Positions 51,355 through 53,674 of a DNA stretch of 53,674 bases are shown one piece after another. Source of the DNA: Octopus bimaculoides (Eukaryota); NCBI RefSeq assembly GCF_001194135.2, contig NC_068984.1, forward strand, positions 53,600,767-53,654,440. Reading direction: 5' to 3'. Made by a program: the position numbers and the translations under genes. The notes beneath the pieces were generated by a model that was not told the DNA's origin, did not search any database, and worked only from the letters and a program-made list of their open reading frames with translations. How positions within the stretch are numbered: the stretch's first letter is position 1; each line of letters opens with the position of its first letter.

Positions 51355-51527
51355 TATATATATGTATGTAGTATATATACGACGGGCGTCTTTCAGTTTC
51401 CATCTACTAAATCCGCACACAAGGTATTGGTCGGTCCGAAGCTATAGTAGAAGATACTTGATATATGTGTGTGTGTGTGTAATGCATATATCTATCTATA
51501 TATATAAATATATATATATATGTATGC

Positions 51528-51572
<45 letters not shown>

Positions 51573-52169
51573 TTGCATATATTTACGTACACACTCAAAC
51601 GTGCATATGCATTTGTGAACACACGTATGTGTTTACGTGTGTATATGTGTGCGTGTGTGTCTGTGTTTTTACATGTGTATACGATATGCGTATGAATGCA
51701 TCCCGTACATTCCTTTACAAAATATTCAGGCACCATTACTTTGTTGAAATCAATATTTGTTATGAATCACAGTCAGGAAGCCAGTCAGTAATGATTATTT
51801 ATGTGTAGGAAAGGGTTCTAAAAAGATTTAGATTGGCAAATGAAGTATGTCACGTAACATAAAGAATTACGAGATTTATAGATTATATTTGGTTATTTTT
51901 CCCCCACACAATTCATCAGTCGGATGTTATAATTCTACCCTCTTCCCACAATATTTCAAATCCTTTGCAAATATTCTTTAAATTCTCTCTGTCCAGTATT
52001 TCTTTGGCTCTCTTTATTTATTTATTTATTTATTTACCGAGCTCGGGTGTAGGTCAAAATTGTTACAGGTAAGATTTGAACTCGGAACGCAGAATTATGC
52101 ATCTACCGTATTTACTCAAGCACGATGCGATCTCGAATATAAATCGATTCCCAAGTAAGCGCCCATTTA

Positions 52170-52400
52170 CCTTTTTACCTTCTACTTGTTTCACTTATTA
52201 GACAGTGGCCATGCTGGGGTACCACCTAGAAGGGATTTAGTCGAACAAATTAATCCCCAAGACCTATCTATTAATGCCTGGCACTTATTCTACCGCTCTC
52301 TCTCTCTCTTGCCGAACAGTTAAAGTACGGGAACATAAAGAAACCAGCACCGGTTGTCAAGCTGCGCTGGAGGATGAGACACATAAATATACACATACAT
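52170..52400 (-). mobile_element. SINE family B tail followed by a long (TA)n/gap
   Basis: CTACTTGTTTCAC..GGCCATGCTGGGG..CGGTTGTCAAG. Confidence 0.7.
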
Positions 52401-52491
52401 ATAGATATACATACATATGCATGATTATATGTGTATATATATGAATATAATATATATGTGTGTGTCTGAATATACATACTATACATATATG

Positions 52492-52529
<38 letters not shown>

Positions 52530-52909
52530 NNNNNNNNNNNNNNNNNNNNNNNNNNNNNNNNNNNNNNNNNNNNNNNNNNNNNNNNNNNNNNNNNNNNNNN
52601 NNNNNNNNNNNNNNNNNNNNNNNNNNNNNNNNNNNNNNNNNNNNNNNNNNNNNNNNNNNNNNNNNNNNNNNNNNNNNNNNNNNNNNNNNNNNNNNNNNNN
52701 NNNNNNNNNNNNNNNNNNNNNNNNNNNNNNNNNNNNNNNNNNNNNNNNNNNNNNNNNNNNNNNNNNNNNNNNNNNNNNNNNNNNNNNNNNNNNNNNNNNN
52801 NNNNNNNNNNNNNNNNNNNNNNNNNNNNNNNNNNNNNNNNNNNNNNNNNNNNNNNNNNNNNNNNNNNNNNNNNNNNNNNNNNNNNNNNNNNNNNNNNNNN
52901 NNNNNNNNN

Positions 52910-52938
<29 letters not shown>

Positions 52939-52943
<5 letters not shown>

Positions 52944-53674
52944 TAAATCATAGGGCAGCGAAAAAATTTTAGAAATTTAATTTACCACCAGTGGTCCAGC
53001 GAGAATAAAAATTAGTGAATAGACTATAAATTATTCATTTAAATACAGAGATACCTAAAATAGGACATCTAACCCGCTAGAAAGAGCAGCAAAAAACTCT
53101 ATACCACAAAAATATGGATAATTTCGAAAGAGAATGAAAAATAAAAACTTTTACCAGTCTATACTCTGTACCATGGTTTCAAGTTATTTAGCAAGATAAA
53201 ATTATAACTTGCTCGGAAACTATCTTCAGCAGAGTACCGGGAACAGCGTGTAGACACGAGTCATAGGAAAACACGAGCAGCAAAAAACTCTATACCACAA
53301 AAATAGGGATAATTTCGAAAAAATGTTTTTGCTGCCCTATGAGTTATTAATAATGATAATATATTTTTGGCTAATTTCTGAAGGAAAATCGGCATTTATT
53401 TTATATTTACTGCCGATAAGCTAAACCGAACTTGCGCGGTAAATTTTGAAAAATTAGGCTTGTAAGCATTAGTCGTGTTTTCCTATGACTCGTGTTTACA
53501 CGCTGTTCCCGGTACTCTGCTGAAGATAGTTGCCGAGCAAGTTATAATTTTATCTTGCTAAATAACTTGAAACCATGGTACAGAGTATAGACTGGTAAAA
53601 GTTATTATTTTTCATTCTTTCGAAATTATCCATATTTTTGTGGTATAGAGTTTTTTGCTGCTCGTGTTTTCCTA
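52939..53674. mobile_element. MITE/foldback-like structure built from a 191-bp unit in inverted orientation
   Basis: 53084-53276 matches the reverse complement of 53473-53663 with very few differences; short TIR-like pair at 52939-52975 / 53312-53351. Confidence 0.75.

Overview
AT-rich, gap-riddled eukaryotic scaffold sequence. The repeat complement suggests an octopus/coleoid cephalopod (inference, not tested). I recognise no intact host gene, tRNA, rRNA or CRISPR array, and almost all listed ORFs are artefacts of microsatellites or N-runs. The window is a layered transposon graveyard. It holds four tRNA-SINE-like families (my labels A-D) and about ten pieces of restriction-like-endonuclease (RLE) non-LTR retrotransposons of R4/Dong type, from at least 2-3 families, including a frameshifted RT-CCHC-RLE copy at 31.3-33.8 kb. 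There is also a Penelope-like RT/GIY-YIG fragment, a Gypsy integrase, mariner, hAT, CR1/L2-group and Tx1-like relics, and a near-full-length DD34E Tc1. The most interesting signals are: (1) palindromic repeats carrying minimal type I hammerhead-ribozyme motifs, best at 28.5-28.6 kb with degenerate ones at 21.7 and 16.7 kb; (2) RLE families apparently sorted by microsatellite context, (AAT)n versus (TACA)n, each with its own conserved 3' UTR stem; (3) three local templated duplications, including a 253-bp copy of neighbouring retroelement DNA sitting inside a mariner ORF; (4) a foldback-like 191-bp-unit inverted repeat at the right end. A chain of phase-compatible minus-strand exon candidates is reported at low confidence. 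Element boundaries are approximate and read by eye.
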